From IMG/VR virus record IMGVR_UViG_3300042922_000725, positions 1 to 64,000 of that record: a DNA stretch of 64,000 bases; one strand, given 5' to 3'. Position 1 is the first letter of the stretch, and every line of letters starts with the position of its first letter. Below, one piece after another: positions 39,238 to 49,023 of this stretch. Position numbers and translations under genes: made by a program. The notes beneath the pieces were generated by a model. It was not told the origin of the DNA and did not search any database. It saw nothing but the letters and a program-made list of their open reading frames with translations. The stretch is from a virus.

Positions 39238-40353
39238 TTAATTTCTTATGGTTACGAGATTTATTTTCATCATAAATATATTGGTTTTATAATTAATATA
39301 TTTATGAAATTTGTTTAACAAGACCGATATAAAGATAATCATTGCTAAATAAATAAAAAAAGATACAAACAAGGGGAGTCTAAATAATATAAAATCATAG
39401 CTATACATGAAAGCTCCATGTAATAAATAAATCTCAAAAGAAATATTCCCTAAAAAATAATAAAATATAGAAAATTTATTGCAATTTGTTAATTTAATAA
39501 AAATAATTATGGCTATAATAGCAAAAAACATATTTATTGAATTACTAAATATATAGTTTGTTTTAGCATTAAGTTTAATTAGAATTATTAACAATATAAG
39601 AAAAGAAAACATTAAATTAATTGATTTTATTTTTATTTTTTTTCGTAAAGTAAATAGCTGATTGAAAATTTTATCTTTATAAAATGATAAGAATACTCCT
39701 AAAGTAAAATTAAAAGAATTATCCCTGAATAATTGTTTGTTTTTCAATATGCAAAATAATATTGTAGAAATGATAAATAATATCAAAATATTATAGCTCT
39801 TTTTTATTTTTAAATTTATTGTGAAATAGAATATTAGATACCAGAACAACAAATAGAGTATGTACCAGTAATTTCTGTCAACTAAGTTTAGTCCAATTAT
39901 TGATAATAAAATTGATTTTATTGAGTACTTATAATTTAATAAAATAGAATTTAACAAAATCCATATTATATTTAAAAGTAAAAAGGGTATATATATTCTA
40001 ACTATTTTTTTATAAAAAAAATTTTTAATGCCATTAAGTCTTGCTGATTCGGTTAATCCATAACCGGATAAAAACAGAAATATTGGAACCATAAAGGAAC
40101 CAACTGTAGGGAAAATATAAATGGATTTATTGGAGTGTAAAGCATGTACAGCTAAATGTCCTACTACAATATTAAAAATGCAAAACCCCCTCAAAACTGT
40201 TGTAAATTCAATATTCATAGGTTTGTTATCTTTATATTTTTTTCTTGGAATAAAAGCTATAATATAAAACACAGAAATCAAAAGAATACTTGTTATTAAA
40301 GGATATCGATCAATAAGACTTATCTTGTCGTAATTTTTAAAAAGAAAATTCAT
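39238..40353 (-). CDS. acyltransferase family 3 (OafA/Oac-like) membrane O-acyltransferase
   Basis: LRGFCIF.IVVGH, VPIFLFLSGYGL, KKIVRIYIP, WYI and GNISFEIYLLH motifs; multi-TM; AGGAGG RBS; antisense to the late genes. Confidence 0.88.
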   Translation of the reverse strand: MNFLFKNYDKISLIDRYPLITSILLISVFYIIAFIPRKKYKDNKPMNIEFTTVLRGFCIFNIVVGHLAVHALHSNKSIYIFPTVGSFMVPIFLFLSGYGLTESARLNGIKNFFYKKIVRIYIPFLLLNIIWILLNSILLNYKYSIKSILLSIIGLNLVDRNYWYILYLLFWYLIFYFTINLKIKKSYNILILFIISTILFCILKNKQLFRDNSFNFTLGVFLSFYKDKIFNQLFTLRKKIKIKSINLMFSFLILLIILIKLNAKTNYIFSNSINMFFAIIAIIIFIKLTNCNKFSIFYYFLGNISFEIYLLHGAFMYSYDFILFRLPLFVSFFIYLAMIIFISVLLNKFHKYINYKTNIFMMKINLVTIRN

Positions 40354-40378
40354 TAAATTACCTCCTTAAACTTATACA

Positions 40379-40401
40379 ATTATAATAACATATGATATAA
40401 T
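40379..40401. promoter_or_regulatory. divergent sigma-A -10 elements for the acyltransferase and Wzy-like genes
   Basis: TATAAT on minus strand (40379-40384) and extended TGATATAAT on plus strand (40393-40401). Confidence 0.45.
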
Positions 40402-40467
40402 AAAAGTTAAGATTTCATAAAAATTAAAATATATAAATGCAATTAAATAAATTAATGAGGTGATAAT

Positions 40468-41823
40468 TTGCAGTTAAAATTGAAATATTTTTTATTATAT
40501 GTTATGTTTATTCCACTAATTTTTTTAATAGGAATAACTTCGGTTTTACCCATAAAATACATTTTGTACACCATAACTACATTATCAATGCCATTTGTTA
40601 TTATCTTATTGTGTAAAAAAAATAATATATTAATAGCGTTAATGATATATTCGTTCATTATTGATTGTAGTGGTATGCTTATTAGCACAATGATTAAGCC
40701 TGCTTTATTTCTATTATTAATTTTAATATCAATATTTAGTATAAAAGAAAGAGTTGATAAAAACACAAAATTAATATTTTTGATATTATCAATTGTAATA
40801 CCGATGTATGGTTTTATTGTATCTATTGTAAGAGGTAATATGTTAAGATATGCTTTAAGTGATGCAAATGGATATGTATTTTTAATTACAGGATATTTTT
40901 TTATTTTATTAATTAAAAAAAATAATAAACTTAAAGATACAATTAAACTACATTTATTAATAGCTACATTAATTGTATCTTTATTAACAATACTTATGTT
41001 TTCATTAGTTTATATTGGCAAACTAAACATAATTGATGTTAATTCAATTTTAAAAAATGAAGGTATAGGATTAGCTTCAATAGAAAATGGTAATTATAGA
41101 ATTTTTTTAGGTGGACAGATATATGTTTTATTAACTGCGTTATATGTATTTAATAAATTAATTGATAATAAAACTAAAATAAATAAAGGGCATATCGGGT
41201 TATTTTTTATATATGTGATTGCATTAATTTTATCAAATACTAGATCGTATTGGATAGCAATGTTTATTGGAATAGGTCTATCAATATTATTGCAAAAATT
41301 TTCTATTAAAAAAATAGTAACAATAATATTGATATTTTTAGTGACTTGGGGGACAATTTTACGTTTGCCGCAGGAATATGTGAGCAATTCATTAGATAGA
41401 ATACAAAGCATTACAGATTTCAGTAGAAATAATATTTCTAATTATAATAGAATACTTCAAAGTTCAGAGTTATTATATGAATTTAAATTGTATCCAATAT
41501 TAGGAAAAGGATTTGGGGCAACCTTAACAGATGGTTATACTAGAAATATTGAAGCGCCATATACATTTGAGCTAAGTTATTTGGAGTTATTATATAAATT
41601 AGGGATAGTAGGAATGACATTATTTGTTTTGGCTTTAATGTTAGGATTAATAAAGTTTTATAATGTTAAAGACAATTTTATGATATCATTTTTGGTATCT
41701 ACTTATCTTAGTTTTCTTTTTGTAAGTTCAACAAATCCATTTATAGTTTCAGGGATGGGTATATTTTTACTAGCACTTTTATTTGTGTTTTCTGAAACAG
41801 TAGATTCTGTCAAACAACAATAG
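40468..41823 (+). CDS. O-antigen ligase / Wzy-like polysaccharide polymerase membrane protein
   Basis: Multi-TM; LSNTRSYWIA, S...R, PILGKGFG and ELSYLELLYKLGIVG (Wzy_C-like). Confidence 0.8.
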   Translation: MQLKLKYFLLYVMFIPLIFLIGITSVLPIKYILYTITTLSMPFVIILLCKKNNILIALMIYSFIIDCSGMLISTMIKPALFLLLILISIFSIKERVDKNTKLIFLILSIVIPMYGFIVSIVRGNMLRYALSDANGYVFLITGYFFILLIKKNNKLKDTIKLHLLIATLIVSLLTILMFSLVYIGKLNIIDVNSILKNEGIGLASIENGNYRIFLGGQIYVLLTALYVFNKLIDNKTKINKGHIGLFFIYVIALILSNTRSYWIAMFIGIGLSILLQKFSIKKIVTIILIFLVTWGTILRLPQEYVSNSLDRIQSITDFSRNNISNYNRILQSSELLYEFKLYPILGKGFGATLTDGYTRNIEAPYTFELSYLELLYKLGIVGMTLFVLALMLGLIKFYNVKDNFMISFLVSTYLSFLFVSSTNPFIVSGMGIFLLALLFVFSETVDSVKQQ

Positions 41824-41953
41824 GAAAAAATTACGAACTTAAACAAGCATAATAAAATCACGATTTTATACGGATTTTTCTGTATAAACATACAATAAAT
41901 AATGTATAATATTGCATAAAATATGTATAAATGTATATAAAATAAAAATAATT

Positions 41954-41997
41954 ATAGGAAGACTTGACTAGCAAATAGTTAGTCTTCCTATTTTTTT
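41954..41997 (+). terminator. terminator after the Wzy-like gene
   Basis: ATAGGAAGACT...AGTCTTCCTAT + T-run. Confidence 0.7.
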
Positions 41998-42058
41998 ACT
42001 AAATTTGAACATAATTAAAAATTAACATAAATGATAATTTAAAAGGAGATGTAAAAAT

Positions 42059-43552
42059 ATGCTACCAATTCAAAGGAAACCTATATCTTTTAACTATACA
42101 AATTCAACCGATGAAAGATTATATATAGTAATTCATGATACTGGTAATAAAAATAGTGGCTCAAACGCACTAGCTCATTATGAACTTTTCAATAGTGGAG
42201 ACAAACAATCTAGTGCTAATTATTTTGTAGATGATTCAAATATTATTGAAACAGTTGACCCTAATAGTAGATATTCATGGCATTGTGGAGACGGCAATGG
42301 GAAGTATGGTATTACAAATAGAAACTCTATAGGTATTGAAATATGTATTAATTCTGATGGAAATTATGATGTGGCTGTAAAAAATGCGATAGAACTTACT
42401 CAGTATCTTATGCAAGCTTTCAATATTTCAATTGATAAAGTTGTTAGACATTATGATGCAAGTAGAAAGAATTGTCCGGGTACTATGTCGGATAATAATT
42501 GGGAGAAATGGAGTTGGTTTAAATTGCAATTACAAAATAAATTACCAGAAGGATTTAACGAACAATTTTATTTATACGCCAATTTAGATATTAAACAAGC
42601 TGTTGAGAGTAAAGTATTTTCAAATGGAGCATCTCACTATGTAGAATATGGATATAAAGATATTCCTACAAGAATATACAAACCAACACTACCATTGGAT
42701 TTTAAAGAGGAAGGTTATTTAGCTTTAAATGGAGATATAAAAAAAGCAGTAGAATTAAAACAAATTCCAAGTGGTTCATGGCATTGGTTAATTCAAGGAT
42801 GGACAGAAGGGAGACCTTACAAATATGACAATAATCCACCTAAATTTTATGAAACAGAACACGATGAGATAGAAGAACCTACACCAATAGTAGAAGTTAA
42901 AACGCCTATTATGGGAAATGCTACAGCTATGGTTGAACAAGCTCAAGAATGGGCAAGGTCTAAGTCAGCTCCTCAAGAATTTATTGATTTAGCGCCTTTA
43001 TATTGGAAAATATGGACAGAAAGAGCGGGTTTAAATCCAGTTATAGGGTATGCACAATTTGCACATGAAACAGGATATTTATATAAAGTACCTAGTGCAG
43101 CAGGTGTAGATGCAAGTTTCAAGAATCCTTGCGGTTTAAAAATAAGTCAAGGTGGGGGAGACTACGAAGCCAATGCACATAAAAGATTTGCAAGTTGGGA
43201 AGAAGGTATTACAGCTCATTGTGACCATATGGCTTTATATGTTGGAGTAAATGGATATCCAAAAATAGACACTCCTGACCCTAGACATTTTTCATTTATA
43301 TTTGGTACAGCCAAATATGTTGAAGATTTATCTGCTAAATGGGCACCGTCTACAGAGTATGCAAGTAAATTATTAAAGTTTAAGAAAGAAATTGAAGAAA
43401 CTATTGCTCCTATAGTACAAGAACCAGTTGTAGAAATTCCAACAGAAATACCTCAAGAACCACAAGAAGATTTTAAGGCTCAAATCAAAACTAAGCTAGA
43501 TATGATTAACATATTATCAAACCAAATAATATTATTATTAGAAAAACTATAA
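42059..43552 (+). CDS. endolysin: Amidase_2 + two internal repeats + GH73 glucosaminidase
   Basis: IVIHDTGN, SWHCGD, SIGIEIC, RHYDASRKNCPG; YAQFAHETG, NPCGLK, FASWEEGI..H, KWAPS..Y. Confidence 0.9.
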   Translation: MLPIQRKPISFNYTNSTDERLYIVIHDTGNKNSGSNALAHYELFNSGDKQSSANYFVDDSNIIETVDPNSRYSWHCGDGNGKYGITNRNSIGIEICINSDGNYDVAVKNAIELTQYLMQAFNISIDKVVRHYDASRKNCPGTMSDNNWEKWSWFKLQLQNKLPEGFNEQFYLYANLDIKQAVESKVFSNGASHYVEYGYKDIPTRIYKPTLPLDFKEEGYLALNGDIKKAVELKQIPSGSWHWLIQGWTEGRPYKYDNNPPKFYETEHDEIEEPTPIVEVKTPIMGNATAMVEQAQEWARSKSAPQEFIDLAPLYWKIWTERAGLNPVIGYAQFAHETGYLYKVPSAAGVDASFKNPCGLKISQGGGDYEANAHKRFASWEEGITAHCDHMALYVGVNGYPKIDTPDPRHFSFIFGTAKYVEDLSAKWAPSTEYASKLLKFKKEIEETIAPIVQEPVVEIPTEIPQEPQEDFKAQIKTKLDMINILSNQIILLLEKL

Positions 43553-43587
43553 TCAAATTAAAATAAATAAAAGGAAGTGTATTTATT

Positions 43588-44010
43588 ATGGAACAAATAT
43601 TTAATGATGCTATAGTACAAATAGTGGGAGCATTACTGGGATTAGCTGTATCTTATGCTGTGTTTTTTATTACCAAGGCTCAAGTTAAAATTCATGAAGC
43701 TACTGCTCAAAAAATTGCAGATGATAGCAAAAAGAAATTAATTGATGATGCTGTTGATAGAGTTATTGGATTAACTCAAAATACTGTTTTAAAGATTGAA
43801 CAGGTTTCTGCAAGTGCATTAAGAGAAGCTGTAAAAGATGGAACTATAGAAAAATCAGAATTAGAATCTTTAGGAAAACAGGCTGTACAAGAAGTTTATT
43901 CACAATTAACTGAAGAATCTAAGGCTTTATTGCAAACTCAAGTTGTAGACATTCAGAAATATATTTTAGATTTAGTTGAAAAGACAGTATTTGAAATTAA
44001 AAATAAATAA
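43588..44010 (+). CDS. holin (LL-H-like, single N-terminal TM)
   Basis: N-terminal TM helix, C-terminal LVEKTVFEIK, follows the endolysin. Confidence 0.65.
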   Translation: MEQIFNDAIVQIVGALLGLAVSYAVFFITKAQVKIHEATAQKIADDSKKKLIDDAVDRVIGLTQNTVLKIEQVSASALREAVKDGTIEKSELESLGKQAVQEVYSQLTEESKALLQTQVVDIQKYILDLVEKTVFEIKNK

Positions 44011-44015
44011 CAATC

Positions 44016-44049
44016 AAAGAAGTGTTGATTTTTTAATTAGCACTTCTTT
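44016..44049 (+). terminator. terminator after the lysis genes
   Basis: AAAGAAGTGTTGATT/AATTAGCACTTCTTT. Confidence 0.65.
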
Positions 44050-44344
44050 ATTCTTAGAATTATGAAATATTTAGTGCTAATTAACTCTATAAACCATAAC
44101 TATTAATCTAGTAAAATATGATAGTTTGACAATCAAATTAATTAATTAGTAATCAATATTTCATAAAAAATTAATTAAATTAATAATTATGTTAAATTTT
44201 AATTACCCTATCGACATAACAATCTAGTTATGATAACATATATTTGACTTATAAATTGGCATATTTTATGTAAAATAAATGGTAATTGTTTACAATAAAT
44301 TATCATAAACATAAAATAGGATATATTGTAATGAGGGAAAGTGA

Positions 44345-44566
44345 ATGAAAGTGATAATTATTAACAAGATTGATGACAGAATAAAAATATTTTGCGAAAA
44401 TGAAAAATTAAAAAAGACAGATGTGGCTGCTATGCTAGGATTTAGTAAACAAAATTTAGAAAAGATTTGTAATAGTCCTAATCCAACATTAATGTCACTT
44501 ATTAAAGTTTCTATTGCAATAGGGGTTCGACCTAGTGATTTATATGAATATAAAATAACAAAATGA
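44345..44566 (+). CDS. Cro/CI (XRE) HTH regulator
   Basis: KTDVAAMLGFSKQNL...NPTL.SL.KVS.AIGVRPSDL. Confidence 0.85.
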   Translation: MKVIIINKIDDRIKIFCENEKLKKTDVAAMLGFSKQNLEKICNSPNPTLMSLIKVSIAIGVRPSDLYEYKITK

Positions 44567-44730
44567 AAATAATTCAAATTAAATCAAAAACTTTAAAATT
44601 TTGACAAAATAAAGAAATAGACTGTAGAAACTTGACGTAAACTTATAGGTTTACTTTTTATCATTCTAGTAGTATTATAAAGATAGTGAAGTAATTCACA
44701 AATAATAGAATACGAGAGGATGGATAGTTT

Positions 44731-45057
44731 ATGAAAGCAAATAAAAAGTTAGAAAGAGTACCAATGGAGATAATATTAGAAACGTTAAGAAAATTTCTTG
44801 ACAAACTAATAGGAAGAGCGGTTTCTATCTATCAATATGGGAATGTCTGTCTACCGTTTTATATAGAAAAGTTTGATTATGGAATTGAAGAACAGAATGG
44901 TAAAATTATGTTACTATTAATAGATGATTTCCAAGATGAAACTGTTGACGTAGAAATTATAACTGTTGATGATATTGAGAATAGCAAAGGTATGAATGAC
45001 TATGTGATAACTTTACATATGAATAATGGGATTAATTTACAATTATTTACTTACTAA
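44731..45057 (+). CDS. hypothetical acidic beta-rich protein (paralog of 49702-49983)
   Basis: GAGG RBS; helix followed by G..VSI and beta strands. Confidence 0.65.
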   Translation: MKANKKLERVPMEIILETLRKFLDKLIGRAVSIYQYGNVCLPFYIEKFDYGIEEQNGKIMLLLIDDFQDETVDVEIITVDDIENSKGMNDYVITLHMNNGINLQLFTY

Positions 45058-45310
45058 AGATATTTTTGTCTATGCGAGAATAAATATTGATAAAGAGTTT
45101 GCAGTAGTATAAAAGATATATGTTTAGTATGCATTAAAAAATGTATAATGTATAAATGGGTTGGGCGGAGCAATCTGCCCTTTTGGGAAATGGTTTATAA
45201 TTAAATATTGATAAAGATAAATGCTTTAATAATGTCTATCTAAGTGGTAGGTAATATTAAGGCATTTTTGTTGTGCCTAAAAATATATAAAATGAGGAGA
45301 TGTTTTTATT

Positions 45311-46456
45311 ATGAGTAATGAGTTAACAAAGTTTGAACAAGAATTTGGATTGACAGTGAATGAAGAAGGTAAAATTACTACTAGTAGTTTAAAGGTCGCA
45401 GAGTATTATGGAAAAGAACATTCAGATGTTTTAAAGAAAATAAGAAAATTTATTGAATTAATACCAGAATTAGCCGAAGGGAATTTTTCCTTGGGGTCTT
45501 ATATTGACAATAATAATCAATCTAGACCTATATATAATATGGATAGACAAGGATTCGCCATGTTAGTCAATAAATTCACTGGCGATGAGGCTACGATTTT
45601 TACATATAAATATACAAAAGCGTTTGAAGAAATGGCAGAAGAATTAGATGCGAGAAGAAGACAGAGTTCTGAAACAATTAATGCATTAAATGAAAAAGAT
45701 GAAAAACTTCAAAGAAAGAAAATGTTAGAATCTTATTTTGGCAAAAGAAAAACAGTATCAACATTTAAGTTTTGTACATATGAAGAATTTAATGGGTTGT
45801 TGCAACTATTTGAAGAACACCTTGATGGAATAAGAAATTCAGAAGTAAAAAGAATAGAATATGAAAGATTTGCAAACGGATTAACTCAAAATAGAAATGC
45901 ATTGAATCCTAATGATAAAATGTATATGCCAAAAACAACTACATATTCATATTATATACACGAATATGTTAAAAGAAAAGGTTCTTCAGAAAATAAAAGT
46001 TATGGTCAAAAAATTAGATATAAAGATGAAACGATAAAAGAACAACAAAGCAAAATAAATAATTTGAATCCACCATTAGAAGAATATATGTCTCTAGACA
46101 TTCATGGGCTTTCTAATAATTATTTATATGAAACAGTTAAAGACAAGTGGTCTGACAATAATATTACCAGAAAAACTAATATTTATTACAAGTGGATTGA
46201 TAGTTTTCCAAAACATCAATTAAAATTAAAAGAAGAATTAGATATAGATTGGACAAAACCTATAATAGTGTTTTTAAAATTTGATTGCTTAGAAAAATTT
46301 GATGTTCAAAATTTAGTAAAGTCTGCTATAGACCAAATTATAACCAGACATTATCAAGAAGACGACAATATTGTAGATAAGGCAATAACAGAAAGAAATA
46401 ATACTGTGTGCAATTATACCGAAGGAAAAATATACATATGTATAAGAAATAAATAG
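45311..46456 (+). CDS. Rha-family regulator fused to a C-terminal RusA-like domain
   Basis: TSSLKVAEYYGKEHSDVLKKIR and Y.MDRQGF.MLV.KFTG (Rha); LSNNYLY, FDVQNLVK..ID and EDDNIV (RusA-like). Confidence 0.75.
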   Translation: MSNELTKFEQEFGLTVNEEGKITTSSLKVAEYYGKEHSDVLKKIRKFIELIPELAEGNFSLGSYIDNNNQSRPIYNMDRQGFAMLVNKFTGDEATIFTYKYTKAFEEMAEELDARRRQSSETINALNEKDEKLQRKKMLESYFGKRKTVSTFKFCTYEEFNGLLQLFEEHLDGIRNSEVKRIEYERFANGLTQNRNALNPNDKMYMPKTTTYSYYIHEYVKRKGSSENKSYGQKIRYKDETIKEQQSKINNLNPPLEEYMSLDIHGLSNNYLYETVKDKWSDNNITRKTNIYYKWIDSFPKHQLKLKEELDIDWTKPIIVFLKFDCLEKFDVQNLVKSAIDQIITRHYQEDDNIVDKAITERNNTVCNYTEGKIYICIRNK

Positions 46457-46466
46457 CAATTAAATA

Positions 46467-46532
46467 TTGACAAATATATAATAATTTGATATATTGAATA
46501 TAGAAAGTTTGTTATATCAAATTATTATATAT
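46467..46532 (+). promoter_or_regulatory. sigma-A promoter overlapped by a 20-bp perfect inverted repeat
   Basis: TTGACA-17-TATATT; arms at 46474-46493 and 46513-46532. Confidence 0.65.
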
Positions 46533-46549
46533 AAAGGAGTAATGATAAT

Positions 46550-46744
46550 ATGTATAAAAAAGTGGACGAATACTATTGTTCATATGAAGCTGAAAAGGAT
46601 TATTTAATTAGTAAAGGGTTTAAACAACAGTTTCAAAAGATTATTATGGACTCAAAACCTACAATGGTATGGAAATTTATAAAATCAGAAGAATTGTATC
46701 TAGCAGTGGCGGAGTTTTACAAAGAATTATTACATAACAATTAA
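46550..46744 (+). CDS. small DUF5659-like protein
   Basis: YLISKGF...VWKF.KSEELY.AV pattern; AAGGAG RBS. Confidence 0.6.
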   Translation: MYKKVDEYYCSYEAEKDYLISKGFKQQFQKIIMDSKPTMVWKFIKSEELYLAVAEFYKELLHNN

Positions 46745-46768
46745 AAATAAATAATGGAGGTAACAAAT

Positions 46769-46945
46769 ATGTATGTTATTAGAACTCAAAAATTAGCAAC
46801 CTATTTAATTGACAAAGGTTTTGAAATGAAAAAGAAAGATAAAAATAAAGAAGACCCCCGGTTTGATGTATTTTTGTTTGAGGATAGCCCAGTATTAAGA
46901 GCTATAATTAAACAATATAGACTTCAAAATAATACAAGTAATTAG
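46769..46945 (+). CDS. DUF5659-like protein
   Basis: VIRTQKLATYLIDKGF...NKEDPRFDVFLFEDS; GGAGG RBS favours ATG 46769. Confidence 0.7.
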   Translation: MYVIRTQKLATYLIDKGFEMKKKDKNKEDPRFDVFLFEDSPVLRAIIKQYRLQNNTSN

Positions 46946-46960
46946 GGGGTTGTAACTAAG

Positions 46961-48493
46961 ATGGTAACAAATAAAAGTAACGAAGAAATAATAAAAAAGA
47001 TAAATGAACTTTACATATTAAACAGATGGAAATATTTAATCTTAAACAAAGAAGGAGAATATAGAACAAATATATACCAAAAGAACAATCCTAAAGATGG
47101 AACGCAACCTTTAACAGATTGGAGGATTGATTTTCACTTACAGGGTAAACAGACTATAGGTGTATTTGCGGGAAAGAAAAATAATATAGAAATAAGTAAA
47201 TTTATATGTTTTGATATTGATTTACAAGATAAAACTTTATCACATAAACAAAATAAAGAGTTGTCAAAATGGTGTGTTTATAAAATATTTAATGAATTAC
47301 AAAATTGTGGAATAAGTGAAGAATTTATCAATATATCATTTTCAGGAAAGAAAGGATACCACATTGAATTGTTTTTTGATATGCCTATAGAAGTTTCTAT
47401 TTTAAAGAAATTTTACAATTATATACTTAATCAAATTTCTTTAAACCAGAATGAAGTAGAATTTAGACCCACTTATAATCAAGGTGTTAAAATTCCATTA
47501 GGGTTAAATTTTAAAAACACTGAAATGTTTGAAGATAATAAATGTTGGTATGTAACATATGAAAATGGTTTAAAACCAATAAAGAAAACAAAATACATTT
47601 TAAACATAAAGCAGCTCGACAATATTTATTTTAGGTTGTTAATGGATAAAATTTTTGATAACAACGAAGAAACAAATAATAATATAAGCGATTATTCTTA
47701 TATTAAAATCAATCATAAACCATTAAAGTCATATAAAGAAAATATTGATAAAGATATTACAATAGAATCAATTGAAAAATTAGAGAAAATGGGATTAACG
47801 ACATATGGAACAAGACATAATTCAATTCTAAAACTTTCAAAATATTATAGATATTTAGGATTAACTAAAGAAGATGCAATGCTTGAATTAAAACAGTGGA
47901 TGTCATCGCAAGATAAAAGATTGTATAGTACATCTTGGGATGAATGTATAAAAGAAATTGAAAGAATAGTATCTATTACATATAATAATGAATATCAGCT
48001 AGTTACAACAATCAAAGATATAAATATATATTATGAAGAAATGAAACAAATACTAAATCTTAAAAACAAAAATGAAAAATTATTGATGTATTCATTTTTA
48101 ATACATGGAAAACGCTATGCTAATAAGTATGGTGTTTTTTATTTTCCATATTCTTTGATAGAGAAAACCACTGGATTAACTGATAAAACAATAACTAAGC
48201 TCATTAATGCTTTGGAAGAAGATAATTATATTGAAATATTATCAAGAAATCAAAATTCAATAAAAAACGGAGTATTTGTTGGCAAGGAAACTAATAAATA
48301 TAAAATTAAAATTGAAATCATTAGTGATGAAGACTTTTATACTATACATGAAAATGATGTAATAATAGACACATTTAATAGATGTATAGTTAAATGGTTT
48401 GATAAGAAAGAAATAAAAGACTTATGTGGCAGAAGACATTATGAGTCTATTCTAGAATATATAGAGAATAATAATATAATAACCACAGCTTAG
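46961..48493 (+). CDS. archaeo-eukaryotic primase (AEP) with PriCT-like and winged-helix domains
   Basis: HLQGKQTIGVF, CFDID, SFSGKKGYH, VKIPLG; GTRHNS..KL; C-terminal HTH TGLTDKTITKLINALE. Confidence 0.8.
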   Translation: MVTNKSNEEIIKKINELYILNRWKYLILNKEGEYRTNIYQKNNPKDGTQPLTDWRIDFHLQGKQTIGVFAGKKNNIEISKFICFDIDLQDKTLSHKQNKELSKWCVYKIFNELQNCGISEEFINISFSGKKGYHIELFFDMPIEVSILKKFYNYILNQISLNQNEVEFRPTYNQGVKIPLGLNFKNTEMFEDNKCWYVTYENGLKPIKKTKYILNIKQLDNIYFRLLMDKIFDNNEETNNNISDYSYIKINHKPLKSYKENIDKDITIESIEKLEKMGLTTYGTRHNSILKLSKYYRYLGLTKEDAMLELKQWMSSQDKRLYSTSWDECIKEIERIVSITYNNEYQLVTTIKDINIYYEEMKQILNLKNKNEKLLMYSFLIHGKRYANKYGVFYFPYSLIEKTTGLTDKTITKLINALEEDNYIEILSRNQNSIKNGVFVGKETNKYKIKIEIISDEDFYTIHENDVIIDTFNRCIVKWFDKKEIKDLCGRRHYESILEYIENNNIITTA

Positions 48494-49023
48494 TAAATGG
48501 TTTTAAATTGTTTGATGTTATAATAGTTATTTACCGTAATTTTGACACTTTTTATTAAAAAACAACTCATTTATAAGTTAAAAGTCGTATTGGTATTTCT
48601 TTATCACGACATAGTTGTAACCATTGATATTACTAGATTTTATGATTAAATTCCCATACAAATGTATTGGGATTGGAGGATTATATATTAAATTTTTATA
48701 TCCATCAAATAAATATTGACAAACTCAAATAAATCAATTAAACTATAATTACAGCAGAAGAAAACATCAAAATAACAAAAATAACTATAATTAAACACCT
48801 CACAAATGGCTTAAAATGGTCAAGAAAAGTAACAATATTTGATTATAAACAACAAAACGATAAAGATTACGACTATGATTCTAAAAATGAATTGTAGAGC
48901 ATTTTAGTGAACTAATGATAAAAGCTCCTTTTTAATATTATAAGTGACAAGTAGTGAGAAAAATATTTTACATATAATATATAAAAATAGTATAATGGTG
49001 TTATATAAAGGAGAGATTTGACT

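Noticed and set aside
4403-41868. TAAAA-N6/7-TTTTA palindromes (4403, 13497, 16011, 28893, 41853)
   Set aside because: Could be operators, but they are all A/T with variable spacing and cannot be told from chance in this AT-rich DNA without statistics.
46961-48493. Complete TOTE-type or other AEP defence system
   Set aside because: No TPR, OB, helicase or effector partners nearby; the PriCT + wHTH architecture fits a Rep-like primase better.
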